DNA from: Felis catus
Lineage: Eukaryota
Length of the DNA stretch: 64,000 nucleotides
NCBI RefSeq assembly: GCF_018350175.1
Contig: NC_058368.1
Coordinates: forward strand, 110,114,001-110,178,000
Direction of reading: 5' to 3'
The notes below the pieces were generated by a model. That model ran no database searches, was not told the DNA's origin, and saw nothing but the letters and a program-made list of their open reading frames with translations. Made by a program: the position numbers and the translations under genes. Below, one piece after another: positions 26,512 through 39,319 of the stretch (the first letter of the stretch is position 1; every line of letters starts with the position of its first letter).

Positions 26512-26713
26512 GGGGCGCCTGGGTGGCTCAGTCAGTTCAGCGTCCGACCTCGGCTCAGGTCATGATCTCACAGTTTGTGGGTTTGAACCCTGCGTCGGGC
26601 TCTGTGCTGACAGCTTAGAGTCTGGAGCCTGCTTCGGATTCTGTGTCTGCCTCTCTCTCTCTGCACCTCCTCTGCTTGTGCTCTCTCAAAAATAAATAAA
26701 AATGCTAAAAAAA
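26512..26713 (+). mobile_element. Can-SINE
   Basis: ggggcgcctgggtggctcagtc head. TSD tttaa(g/a)aaatcttt. Confidence 0.95.
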
Positions 26714-27004
26714 TTTAAAAAATCTTTATATTAAAAAATTTTTTGATATTGCATCCAAATCGCACCCAGTAATCCAGAGCTTCTCACCAGGTCCAGTTGG
26801 ATAGAGGGGCCCTGGTCCACTCCAGGCTGTGGGAGGATGGTGGGGTGGGGGGTGGGGCTCAGACAGGGCTGCTGGGCAAATGCCTCGGTAGAAATGTGTG
26901 ACTACAAGTGACAGTACTGCCACAGCAGCAGGAAGTCGACAGGAGCCTGGCAGTCCCCAGAGCTGCTCACACCCCAGAGTCACCTGGGCTGGCCTGCGGT
27001 TGCA

Positions 27005-27670
27005 GCACGACACACAGAGCTGACTTCACGGGTGTGTGACTAGTGCGGTAATGCAGGTCTCTGCACTTGGAGGGACCCAGTGCCTGGCATTAAACGCTCT
27101 GAAGTTGCTGTCCTGAAATACGGAACAATTATGCCAAAGTGCGTGTTCTGTAAGAAAAGGCCAACAGGAAGGCAGAGGATGTGTCATGTGTGTTCCTCAC
27201 TCACCCTGTCTCCTCGCCTCCACTGGATGGCTCTCTGCGGCCAGCTCCTTAGGCCTGGTGCCCTCTCTCGGGGGCCTTCCTCTATGTAACTTCTGGTGTT
27301 GTCCTCCACCTTTGGTGGTGAAGGGGTCATGTTGGGGGAGGGGGTCCGTATTGTTTTTTGCCCTCCACCTCTGGCAGGGGCTTGGGTGGGCATGTGGGCA
27401 GGGGATTGTTTGGACACACACCACTGAGCATCTCAGGGTGGCCATGAGGGCGGCTATCCCTGACCCGGGCTGACAGCACCATGGTACCAACACTGGGGGC
27501 CTCAGGGCTCAGCTTCAACTAAGGTTCTGATCAGCCCCTGGTACAGAGGTTGTAAGCCCTTGGGGGAGGTCCATCTGCAGTGGGGGTGGGTCAGTGGGCC
27601 TAGGGCAAGGTGAAGCTGGGGCCCCACAGTTTCATTTTGCAGTGCCCTACAAATTCTGTCGTCAGTCCTG
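27005..27670 (+). mobile_element. hAT-Tip100 DNA transposon fossil (MER45-like)
   Basis: The 5' end cagagctgacttcacgggtgtgtgactagtgc...gctgtcctgaaat and the 3' end tttcattttgcagtgccctacaaattctgtcgtcagtcctg resemble recalled MER45 termini. Confidence 0.55.
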
Positions 27671-27997
27671 GCCACCCCTGCCTGCTCTCGGTGCATTTCC
27701 TCCTGCACGACACAGGCCTGGGGTGCGTGTAGCTGTCTAGTCTGTTTGCTGAGCTCTTCATCTGCTTTCTTGGTATACAACACACGAGATGGTCATGACC
27801 CTGACTCTCGGGGACACTGGCAAGTTGGCCCCAGAAGCGGAGCCATTTCTGACACCTTGGCACTCTCTTCAGAAATGGTTCCTAAATGCTATTCTTGGGA
27901 GAATCACAAGGGAGCCTATCTTGTCATCTTGAATGACTGCTCACAGGACACAGAACCAGGTAGAAAGGGGCTGCAAACTGGGGTGGGCATTCTTCTT

Positions 27998-29220
27998 TCT
28001 CATTCATTCATTCATTCATTCATTCATTCATTCTGTATTGAGCACTACTGTATGCCAAGCTCTCTTCTACATACTGGAGATACAGCAGTGGCCAAAACAT
28101 AGAAAATCATCGCCTTTATGGAGCTTCAATTTGAAAGGAGGTGACAGACAGGAAGTGACACTGCTATGAAAGAAAAAGAAGCAGGAAAGGGGATAAGGAG
28201 CTAAAGGTGAAGGGATATTTGGATAAGGTGGTCAGGGAAGGCCTCTTGGAGGAGGTGGCCTTTCAGCAGGCACTTGCATGGAATGAGGAAACAAGTCAGA
28301 GAGGCTCTGAGGACAGACCATGTGCCAAGCCCCAAGGCAGGGATGAATTTGGTGTTTTGAAGGAAGAGCAGGAAGGGGGGCTGAAGAAGAGGCCAGGGTG
28401 GGACAGAGCCTGCAGGGCGTGTGGGGAGCTCTGACTGCACCCTACTGTGCGAAAAGCCGCTGGAAGATTATGAGCAGGATGGTCATACGGTATGATTTCT
28501 GTTTTTTTTTTTTTTTAATTCATTTATCTTTTTTTTTTGAGAGAGAAACAGAGAGTGTGTGAGTGGGGGAGGGTAAGAGAGAGAGGGAGAATCTCAAGCA
28601 GGCTCTATAGTGTCAGCACAGAGACTGATGCGGGGCTCGAACTCATGACACCATGAGATCGTGACCTGAGCCGAAACCAAGAGTCAGACGCTTAACCGGA
28701 TGAGCCACCCAGATGCCCCCAGTATCATTTCTGTTTTTAAGATGGACTGTGGCTGCTGCATGGGGGGTTCACTGGGACGATGGCACAAGGAAAGGGAAGG
28801 GGAGCGGTTCAGGAGGTGACTGTGGTTGTTGAAGCAAGAGATGCGGGTGGCCTGGGCCAGCGGTTTGTGCGCTATTTCAGGTGGGGCTGCTGATCCGGGG
28901 ATGGTGCCGTGAGCGAAAGACAGGGGTCACGAATGGCAGCGTGGACTTTTACCTGAATAACCAGGTGTTGTCCCTGAGATGGGAGAACAGGGGGATGATT
29001 AGGTTTGGGCATAAAATCAAGAATGGGTTCCAAGTACACCAGGATGGAGAGGTCTATTAAGGGTCCCAGGGGAGAAAAGCGAGGGGCTTTGTGAGCCTGG
29101 GGCTGGGGAAAAGGTGTGGCAGAGGGAGGCAGGGACTCGAGATTCTAAAATCACAGGACTGGATGACATCACCCTGGGCATGGCGGGGATAAAGAAGAAA
29201 AGAGTGTTTACCCGAAATAA
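27998..29220 (-). mobile_element. LINE-2 3' portion with (TTCA)n tail, interrupted by a SINE
   Basis: (cattca)n tail, then tattgagcactactgtatgccaag...ggagatacagcagtg and ggtggtcagggaaggcctc. Confidence 0.8.
28507..28720 (-). mobile_element. Can-SINE
   Basis: Full body. TSD gtat(g/c)atttctgttttt. Confidence 0.94.
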
Positions 29221-31755
29221 GTGATTCTTAGGCAATTCTCAAGTGTGGAGATTTGTGAAACCGAGCGATCCCCCTTCTGCAATAGGAGCTTGGTGTTTAA
29301 TTTGAAGATGATGCATTTAATTAGGTCATTCAGCCTATCCTTAAACTCTTGCCACACATTTTATTGTTCCTTCAGGTGCCTCCAGTGGTTACAGCTCAGA
29401 AAGAGCACCCACGCTCCTGGGGCCGGAGGTTATTGTTCTAATGAACGAGGCCTTCAGTCTCCAGCTCCGAGAGCACGAAGCTGGAGGGACAGAGAGCACA
29501 GAGGAGACACACTGGCTCCCCACAGCCTTAGCTCCAGGTTTGAAGTTTCCTTTGTACAGTTGCTGCTCAGGGACAATGGAGAAGAAAGAAAAGATCCCCC
29601 GGTATTTCCGTCACAACAGGTTGGAGCCTGGCACACTGGCTTTGTTCTCAGACTGAACAAATTAACGGGAATCTTGTTTCCCGGTCGGCGCCTCCGATTC
29701 CTCTGTGACTACTCAGCACTGCTCACCTTGATGCAGGCGGCAGCCCGGACCTGCATTCGTCTACATCAGCAGAAACTTCGGTGCTAAACCCATCCAGGCG
29801 GTGCCTCCAGCTGTCCTGTTTGCATGGCAGGAGCTGAAGCATGAAGATCTTCCTTCCTGGGGAGAGCTCCCTCCACCCCCCGTCTTGCTACCTTAGTTAT
29901 CTCTCTACCTGTGCCAAGGCACTGTGCGCAGTGCTCCCTGCAGAGGAGATGCTCCACACATCTGTCCTGGAACTTTGGAGGCAGGTGTGCTGCCCGATTC
30001 TGCTACCACACAAGGAACTGAGCCCCTGCCCCATGCAAACAGGAGTTTGCTGGAAAGGGTGGTGACGGTCGGGAGAGGGGCAGGTGGAAGGAGAGGCTGA
30101 ATGGGGATGGAATGGGAAGAGGGGGGTGGGGTGAGGGTAGTGGCAGAGTGGTGAAGTCAAGTTGGCTGTGGTGACTGAGCCATGACAGAATGATGGTGGT
30201 GGCCCATGTTGGTGGGGGAGGGGATGGTGGGCGTGAGGTAAAAGGGGTTAGAAACACAGCCCATTTTCCTCCCCTCTAACAATGAGGCCACCCTAATGAC
30301 TTATGACGGAGACCATGTGTGCCCTGCACAGAGCAGGAAGAAGACAGATGTGACTGAGCATAAACCTTTCATAATAGAACACTGAACATGTACAGAAAGG
30401 CTGGGCGTCCACAAGCTGGCACAAGAGCCCCCCTGGGCACACAGCCCAGAGGCTACTGCTGAGGGTGGTGGTGAAGAATAACGCTGTGGCTCCACTGCTA
30501 ACCAACTCACCAGCAGACGTCGCGCCGGGCAAAGGACCATGCCTGCCCTGTGGGGCCAGGAGGGCTCACCATGGAACAAGTGACAACATCAGAAAGAGTG
30601 CCTGTCTCCCATTTCAGGGGGGACCTGAGTCGAGCAGCAGCCCTGGGGCAGGTGGCAGCGCTGAACTTTTGTGGTTAAAAAGTCACTGCAGAGGGATTCC
30701 ATCATGTGACTTCTAGGGGCGACCCGGGGGCAGTGCAGGAGGGCAGGTGAGGAAATCTTATGAAATATCATGTCAGATGACGAAAGCACTCTCCTGGGAC
30801 TGGGTGACAATTCAGGAAGTTCACTGAGAATTGAAGAACACACAGCCTGACATGACTGTGGGAAGAGAAGACAGGGAATGAAAAGTGGTATCTTTATCCT
30901 ACACATTAGACATAAGGAAATGGCGTATTTTGAGGAGTTTTCCCAGCAGGCACTCGGGTTATGCTATCTAGAACATCCAGGGGCACCTGGGCTCCCTACG
31001 ACTCCCCTCGGTTTGCGGGCTCATGTGGTCTCCCTGTTGGGTGATGCTGACATACTACTAATGGCTAGGTGACCGTGTCCCGTGACGGGCACCACTGCTC
31101 TTCACAGCCCGGAGGAGGGCTGGGCTGCACAGGGAAGCTGGCAGTGACTGTGTGCCCACCACTGATCATGTGGGTGCAGGGTTTACTACAGAGCATTCCC
31201 GTCGCTGGGCTCACTGCTAAACACCACAGAAAGGAAAGAACACTTTGGAGTCTGACAATCTTGAGCCCCATGGCTGGAAAATGGGAGAATAAACTGTGCC
31301 TCAAGGCCGATGGGGTGCGTACGTGCAGGAATGAACACAAGACACCTAGCAGTCTCTGCCCAAGGGGGTCCAGGAAAATGCTAGCTGTGTCCTCTGTTCC
31401 CGATAAAAACAGGATTTAGCTTTTTAAAAAATTAAACTAAATTTAAATTTAACTTAATTTAGTTGTAATTGAAAGGAAATCTGTAAAAACGAAACAAAAG
31501 ATCTTTTCTATAGCAAAGTTCGAAGTTTTTCTCCTGTATCAGACTGTGTCCGGATTTTAGATTGTGGATTGACCTATTTCCAGAGAATATTGATATGAAA
31601 GGCCTATGGGCTCTCATTTATTGAGCAGTTATTATGCCCCAGACACTGTAGTGCTTGATGTATAGTCTTCGTGGGTGATGTTATCAATTTTAAAAAACAC
31701 TTTACTACTTAGTTTTTAGTTTGTGCATCTTTTTAGTATTAAGACCTCATTGAAG

Positions 31756-31967
31756 GAAGAGCCTAGGTGGCTCAGTTGGTTGAGCATCCAACTTCAGCTC
31801 AGGTCATGATCTCCCAGTTCGTGGGTTCGAGCCCTGCGTCAGGCTCTGTGCCGACAGTGCAGAGCCTGGAGCCCGCTTTAGATTCTGTGTCTCCCTGCCT
31901 CTCTGCCCCTCCTCGACTCGCGCTCTGTTTCTCTTTCTCTCAAAAATAAATAAACAAAAAAAAAAAA
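31756..31967 (+). mobile_element. Can-SINE
   Basis: gcctaggtggctcagttggttgagc...caaaaataaataaac plus A run. Degenerate TSD aagacctcattgaag / aagagctcagtcaag. Confidence 0.94.
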
Positions 31968-32339
31968 AGAGCTCAGTCAAGTGAACAAAAAGCCAAGATT
32001 TATCCCAGAAGCTATTCTTAAGCTATTCACATGGCCTGTCCCAAAGTCGTCTTCTACTTTAGCAGAAGGCCCTTCCCAGGTGGCAAAGTCATTCAACCAC
32101 CACGCCTGAGGTTTAACAACTGTCCAGAGCAGGACTTGTGCTGAGATATTAAGAAACAGATATAGGGGAAAACAATTTTGAATGAGTTTAGATTGTTCAG
32201 CAGAAAACCTGGAAAAGTAATCAGCAGACTCCTATAAGGAAAAATTAAAAAATTAAAGATTCATTTCTTTGAATAGCTTTTCTGGGTTCCTCTCTGAAAA
32301 AGTACAAATCTTAACTTTAAAAAGAAGCATTAATTAATG

Positions 32340-32450
32340 AATCTGCTCACTGGATAATTCTGTGTACCTACTATGTGCTAAGTCTTAAGTCCTGGGGATA
32401 CAGCAGAGAATAAGACAGACACAGACACTGCCCTCAAGACTTATGGTCCA
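32340..32450 (-). mobile_element. LINE-2 3' terminal fragment
   Basis: tacctactatgtgctaagtc...ctggggatacagcagagaataagacagaca...ctgccctca. Confidence 0.65.
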
Positions 32451-32454
32451 TTTC

Positions 32455-32705
32455 ACGGCTGCTGTATACAGCTATGCAGTCTGTATACCGTACAAGTCCA
32501 GTGGGGAACGGAACCCAGTCCACACTCAGCTTGCCCCACTATGTTCCCTAGCAGGGGGCTGAATTTGTCTGGATGAAGGGACATCATTTTCTTTGTACAG
32601 AGATGCCATCTGTTTGCCAAGCCAAGAACCTACAAGGCTGTTTGCCCACTGGGTGCTTTTATTCTGATTTACACAAAGGCTGTCGAGCTGGCAATGGTCC
32701 TGGGG
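32455..32705 (+). mobile_element. hAT DNA transposon fossil (MER91-like)
   Basis: ggctgctgtatacagctatgcagtctgtataccgtacaagtccag start and gctggcaatggtcctg end resemble recalled MER91 termini. Confidence 0.45.
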
Positions 32706-32863
32706 AAATGGAGCTGAACACAGTCACAGGGCAATGACTGCCTCATCAACACCTCCACAGCCTGCTGGTGCAGTGGTGATCTCCTCCTGGCCAGAGATGA
32801 TGACGCCCTGGCAGAGGGTGGGCTTCAAAGGGAGGACAGACATACGGAAAAGAGTCTGTGATT

Positions 32864-33080
32864 GGGGCGCCTGTGTGGTTCAGGTGGTTGAGCATCCAAC
32901 TCTGGCTCAGGTCATGATCTTGTGTCTGTGGGTTTGAGTCCCATGTCAGGCTCTGTGCTGACAGCTCAGAGCCTGGAACCTGCTTTGGATTCTGTGTCTC
33001 CCTCTGTCTCTACCCTTCCCCTGCTTGTGCTCTGTCTCTATCTCGCAAGAAGTAAAAAAAGTAATAATAAAAAATTTTTA
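32864..33080 (+). mobile_element. Can-SINE
   Basis: ggggcgcctgtgtggttcag head. TSD agtctgtgatt on both sides. Confidence 0.94.
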
Positions 33081-34119
33081 AAAAGTCTGTGATTGAAGTA
33101 GTGGTGAGGGGAAGGGAACCAGGATCAAATCAGCTGGGCTCTAGTCCCCCTGTCTAGTGCTGAGGAGCACCTCCAGGCATGACCCTGTTCTCCCTGGCCT
33201 TGGCCCCCTGCTCTTCTGTAAGGAGAAGATAGAACTGGACTGGTTTTGATTTCCCCTGTAGCTCTCATCTTCCCTGATTGGTTCAATGTTCATAAGAGGG
33301 TCTGCTGATTTCCAAAAAAGCCATCTTTCCCAGCTAGAAATTCTTAAAACCCAGACTGTGCCACCAGAATAGCAAGTGGTGTCCTTTATGCCTGACCAAA
33401 GGGAGGTCTCCCCCATGAAGGGAAGGAGCAAAGAGTAGCCGGGAGCCTGCGGATGAGAAAGAGAGAGGTCCTGCTTCCCACCCCTCAGGGCCGTGGACTT
33501 GTGTCTCCCGCATAATGAGCCCGTCACCGCGTGGGGGCTCCGGGCAGACGAGCAGCGCCGCCTGGCTGGCTCTGCCGCTCCCTAATTACAGCATGTCCTG
33601 AAGGGGGTCTCCTGACAGAGATCATTAGGCTTGCAATTCTGATTACTCAGAACACAGCTCCCACAGCCAATTAGCAGCAGAGAAACTGGGCTGCACCGTG
33701 GGTCGGGGGGTGATCAATCCTGGCTTTTTGCTCTGGACGGGGCAGGTCAGCAGGTGGCTGGGGAGTGGAGGCGAAGCTGCCAGAAGCAGTGACCATGGTG
33801 GTACCGGGGTGTGTGTGTGTGTGTGCCCCACTCTGCTGCTCCCCAGCCCCCCCAGAGAATGACTCCCCGTTCCTTGCTTTAACAACGTATCGGCAGAACC
33901 TCCAAGTCCCTTTTCTAGTTTAGCAAACCCCACTGTCACAGTAAAGATCCCAAAGCCAGGGTAAAACGTCTCCTTCCAAAAGTCAGCACAAGTTTTGGAA
34001 AAAGTAAGCAGAGATTTCAAGTTCTAAAACAACTTCTGAGTCTCAGGCTGTCTAGTCACATTTTAACTCACACATCCCAGAAGATCCCAGCAGCAACACC
34101 ACAAAAGTCAGCCAGTCTA

Positions 34120-34275
34120 AGGTTACCACCCTACTTCTGCTCTTGCCAGCTGTGTGGCCTTGGACCAGTCACATAACCACTCTGGGGCTCAGTCTATAGC
34201 TACAGAGTACAGATAACAACCAGTACCTAGTCCACGGAGGAGAGAGGGCTTACGAGCCATACTCAGCACAGTGAG
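34120..34275 (+). mobile_element. MIR
   Basis: cttgccagctgtgtggccttggaccagtcacataaccactctggggctcagt. Confidence 0.6.
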
Positions 34276-35737
34276 GGGCCACCAGAAGGTCTGAGTCCTT
34301 GGAAGGGCGCCTTGTCTTATCAGTTTTGGCAGCCACAGCCCATTCTCAAGGAATAGACACAGAAGCTGGAGGAAATGGAGACACTTCTGGTAGGGGCTTG
34401 TCTTCCCCATCAGCAGGGCTACTGCCTTCTCCAGGCCTCCCCAAGCCCTGGGAGACACTGCACTCCTCTCGGTGGGAACGTCCTGGTGAGCTCTCTTCAC
34501 CAGGGCCTGTGGCTGTGAACGCGCATAACTGGGGATGAAGAGAGAACTGGGAGTAGGACTGCAGATCCCCGGACTCGGCATCCAGTCACTCTGATGTAGT
34601 CGTTCTTTGGCAGGGCCTGGGGATGTGCCTTTTTCACTGGCACCCTGGCTGAGCTTCGGTCACAAAGCTGGGCCACACGTTGAGAAGCCCTCGGGGCCAT
34701 AGCTGCTGCATCCAGGAAAGACACGGCTTTGGGTTCTGACAGATCCAGGCCTCTCCTTCCACTTGGGGATCAGCCCTGCTGGTTCAGAGGGTGATACATC
34801 CTCCTCAGGGGCTTCATCTGGCCACCTGGCACCAGAGAAGGGTGCATGCCTAGGGCTCTCTGGGGAGGTGGACAGGACAATTGCTTTGGGTGCTGGATCC
34901 TTCTGGAAAAGCTAGGTGTGCAGAAAAAGGTGAGGGATAGAGGTGGGGAGGTGGCGATTTCAAGGACTCTCCTGAAGTCCCTAATGGGGGAAGAATCACC
35001 GTCTAAGACCAGATGTCAACTTCCGTCACTCGTGAAGTTGCAAGTAACGTGTGAATAACAATACCTGAGGTGTGCCAAATTGGGAATAAGCTACTCTGAA
35101 GATAATGAATTTTGAGTGGATTTAAATTTATCCCTATGCTAATTTCATTCTCACACACCCACACCCTGATAGACTATGGTGTACATAAAAGGCAACATGT
35201 ATGCAACTGGGCAGGACTTCCGGTCTCTCGTATCTGGGTGTGCTAGACCTACGCTGTGACTTGTCACATGTGTCATGGCGGAACAAGGGCCAGCTGCACC
35301 ATCTGGACTGGGATCTGTGGCTCTGTGGCTTGTCCCAGGGAGCCTGAGCTGGAACCTTGCTGACCTCATCCCACTACCACCTGTGACTGGGCCCCAGGGA
35401 GGAGCACTCCGCCCAGAGACAACAAAATGGGAATGACAGAAGAAGAGGGGGTGGGACAGGCTTGTTCTGGGTCCCAAGGTCCACACACAGTGAGGCCAGG
35501 CCAAGGACATCCTGGTGTGGGAGACACGTAGACTGAGGACGTTGAGCCCGTGTTTGGCTTAGCAGTGGCCACAGGACGCCAAGCACCAGGGGCCTTGCAC
35601 AGACAAGAAGTGAGTGCCTGGGGACCAGGGTGCCTGAGGCAGAGGCTCCTAACTGTCCCCTCTACTAGACCAGCCCTGCCTGTGACTCCGAACTCTGGAT
35701 GCCCCTTTTTCCTTGGCCATTTGCCTTAACATGACTC

Positions 35738-35952
35738 TTTTAAAAAAAATTTTTTTTTAACATTTATTTATTTTTGAGAGACAGAGCACGAGTGGGGGAG
35801 GGGCAGAGAGAGAGCGAGACACAGAATCTGAAGCAGGCTCCAGGCTCCAAGCTGTCAGCACAGAGCCCAACGTGGGGCTCGAACCCACAGACTGCGAGAT
35901 CATGACCTGAGTCAAAGGTGCATGCTTCACTGACTGAGCCACCCAGGCGCCC
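35738..35952 (-). mobile_element. Can-SINE
   Basis: Full body. TSD ccttaac(a/g)tgactc. Confidence 0.96.
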
Positions 35953-37677
35953 TACCTTAACGTGACTCAAAAAGGTGTTGTCTTTTCTTTCCTCTATTAA
36001 TTCCTAAGTCCCCAGGGTAGGTCTGGCATGCAGTGGGAACACAATAGGAGCTGTCCCTGCCCTTGGACTTAACTAAGTGGTTAAGAGAGTAAACTATGAG
36101 ACAGGCTCCAGCTCTGTCACTGTGTGAAATGCAAACACCATCGTTATAGGCAGCCTCCTTAGGTCTCAGCTGTGGTTTCTAGAAACAAGTGAGCAACCTC
36201 TTGCCCACATGTAGAGGTTTCAATCCTCTTGTTCTTGCTTTGAGGTGGGCTTCTAAGGATACCCACAAATGGGGAAGGGGTGGGGGTGGAGAAGCAAACA
36301 TTAAAGGTTTCATAGCACATAGTCTTGTGAAAATCTCTTCTCTGGAGTGGCCTAACTTGGGTCCTGGATGTGGTTTAACTGGTTTGCCCCTTGGTGGTCC
36401 ACGTCAGTGGAGATGTGCACCCAGGAAGCACTAATGCTGAGGGCTGTCCCCTTCATCCTCAACTCAGACAATGGTGATGAAGACAGCAGTGCGGGTGATG
36501 ATGATGAAGGCAATGATGTGGGCTGTGCTCTTTTAGCGAAGCCCAGAGAAGATATTAAGGATGGGGGCTGAGTCCAAGCTCCTTCTTCTATAACCTGCCC
36601 CGCTCAAAGTTAGGCCTGCCCTTTGAGCATGCACCTCCAAGATCCTAAGTTTAAAGACATTTTATGCCATTTGGGTTCACTGCATTATGGATTTCTGTAC
36701 TCCCTGGTCTCCTTCAGGAGGGAGGACAGAGCATGGTAAGCTTAGGATCCATCCCCTATAAGGCATCCTCCCTCAGCATGAGGTCAGGGTCCCCTGGTGG
36801 TCTTCCAGAACCCACTGCACACCCTGCACCATGATGTAACACAATTAAAGCCCCTTCTCTCCTATTTCAGGTTAATTGGGTCTATACCATAGTTGACGCA
36901 TTCTTGTTTTTGGATCTCTGATTGTTGATTAATGGCAAGTCATTGGTTACAGATGTACAGGGCACACCAGCAGCACTTGAGACGTGAGGTGTAAATAAAT
37001 GCTCATAATTAGTAATTGAGAAGGACTGGACGGCCACAAGATACACAAAGCGCTCAGGAAATACAAGGTGCAATTTCCCCTTGTTCAGGCAATTTCCACA
37101 CTCTACATGTAAAGCTGTCGGGGGTGGGGTGGGTGGAACGTTAGTTGAAAGTGAGATTTTCACACTAGGGGTAAACTTTACAAGAGAAGAAACAATTGCA
37201 GAAAAACCAATTTAGTTAATTGTCTTTGTTTCACCTGCTGTTCGTAAATCCATGGAGCCAGACACTATCTGCTGAAGTCTGGGCTTGCTACCACCACAGT
37301 GGCCTGTGGGATGGGTCTCGCGGCTTCTGCATACATTCTGTTATCTCCCAGGGATTGGATATAATGGAAAAGTGGCATGTGCAAAGGTTTCGGGGAGTGG
37401 CCCTAGGACAGTGATGTTTGTTGCCATGGAAATGAATATAAAGTCTCCAGTTCATCACTGGCAACTCAGCAGGGCCCAGGAGAAGAATGGACAAGTCAGA
37501 GCCCTCACAAGTTTGGTTACAGATGCATTCATGAGCCAGCAAAAGAAGTGGAGGAATAACTGTTCAGGCATGCCTGACCTCACTGTGTGTGTGGCTTTAG
37601 CCGAACTCATCATATCAGAATCTTACTCTCCAGCACAAAGAGTGAAATGTGGCCCTCCAAAATAATAAGCAGGTTGG

Positions 37678-38169
37678 CTTCCCTTCCTCCTTCCCTTCTT
37701 CCTTACTTCCTCTCTCCCTCCTTCCTTCCTTCCTCCCTTCTTCCCTCCCTCCCTTCCTTCCTCCCTCCCTTCTTCCCTCCCCCCTCCTTTCTCCCTCCCT
37801 CCCTTCTTCCCTCCCTCTCTCCCTCCTTCCCTTCTTCCCTCCCTCCTTCCTCCCCCCTTTCTTCTTTCCTCTCTCTCTCCCTCCTTCCCTCCCTCCCTCC
37901 TTCCTCCCTTCCTTCCTCCCTCCCTTCTTCCCTCCCTCCCTCCTTCCTTCCTTCCTCCCTCCCTCCTTCCCTCCCTCCTTTCTTCTTCCCTCCTTCTCTC
38001 CCTCCTTCTTCCCTCCCTCCTTCTTCTCTCCCTCCCTCCTTCCTTCCTTCCTCCCTCCCTCCTTCTCTCCCTCCTTCCTTCCTCCCTCCCTTCTTCCCTC
38101 CCTCCTTTCTTCCTTCCTTCCTTCCTTCCTTCCTTCCTTCCTTCCTTCCTTCCTTCCTTCCTTCCTTCC
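37678..38169. repeat. About 490-nt polypyrimidine/polypurine tract of mixed (CCTT)/(CCCT) units ending in (CTTC)15
   Basis: Only one purine seen (A at 37705). Pure (CTTC)15 at 38109-38168. Confidence 0.98.
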
Positions 38170-38699
38170 ACAAATTCCTGATGTGCATTTCAATGTGAGT
38201 CTACTTAGTAGAGTTAGAGGTAACAAAATCATTTGCATTTTTCGCTATTTATTGAAGGGCACACCCATAATTAGACACGCCTAGCTGGCCTTGCTCAACT
38301 CTGACTTGACACAACTAGAGAGAATGGCCAGCAATGTCTTCAGAAAGGGCTCCAAGGACAAGACTCAGAGAAAAGGGCAGCTGATAAAGACAAGAGACCC
38401 CAGCACAGATCTAAGGTGTCACCCTAGTGGCAGAGTGGGGGTGAATGATAAAATATCCTATAAAATTCTCTGGTGGACAATAGTTCAACGCAATCAGAAT
38501 GAGCTGTTGATGGCAAGAAAACAGGGTAAGAGAGAGGAAGAAAGTCCTAAGGCAGGATGGCCAACATGGGGCACTCATGTCCCACTCTCAGGGCGCACAG
38601 TGGGAATCCCCCCACTCTTTCCCACTGAGCCCAGGTGTGACCTTCTCATTTTCCCTCCCATCACCGCCAGGTCAGAGTTACCACCTGGGGCAGATGAAA

Positions 38700-39210
38700 G
38701 ATGGCAACAAATTCTCTGGGGCCTCTGAAGGCAGTCTAATTTCCTTCCCCTTGAATCTGGTCTGGCTTTAGTGACCTGCTTGACCAAAAGAATGTGACAG
38801 ACCTAACTAGGACTTCTGAGGCTAAGGAGCCCTGCATCTCACACAAGGGCATCTTGGAACACTGGCTTTTGGAGCCCTGGGCCACCACATAAAATGTCTA
38901 TCTTGCAGTACAGATGGTGTGGGAATGCTCTAAGGTGACGTGGGGGGAGAAAGGGGTCCGGCTGAGCCAGCCTTCCAGCTGACCCTGCCAAGGTGGCAGA
39001 CACGTGAGTGACACTGGCTAGGACCCTCAATTACAGCCCAGCTGGTAGCTGAACACCAACGAATGACCCCAATGAACGCCACCTAAAGCAGAAAAATCAC
39101 CCAGCTGAACCTGGTCCAAATGCCTTACGAAACTGTGAGATCTAATACAAAAGCTATTTTAAGCTGCTGAGTTCTGGAGTAATTTGTACACCGCCTGAAT
39201 AACCCGAGTA
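38700..39210 (+). mobile_element. MaLR solo LTR (MLT1-like)
   Basis: ccccttgaatctggtctggctttagtgacctgcttgaccaaaagaatgtg, aatcacccagctgaacc and tattttaagctgctgagttctggagtaatttgt are MLT1-type motifs. Confidence 0.8.
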
Positions 39211-39319
39211 CCAAATAACCTGAATACCAAAGTGACACTCACTGGCCACCTTATGTACAGACAAAAATTGTGTTCAGGGCCCAGCAGAAGTGCCTGGGGG
39301 CTCTTATGATAATGTAACG

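Noticed and set aside
27471..27495. REST/NRSE-like motif acagcaccatggtacc
   Set aside because: Only the left half matches, and it lies inside a probable DNA transposon fossil.
37587..38284. 160-211 aa Pro/Ser/Leu/Phe-rich and Gly/Arg/Glu/Lys-rich ORFs
   Set aside because: These are translations of the (CCTT)n tract, which lacks stop codons by composition.
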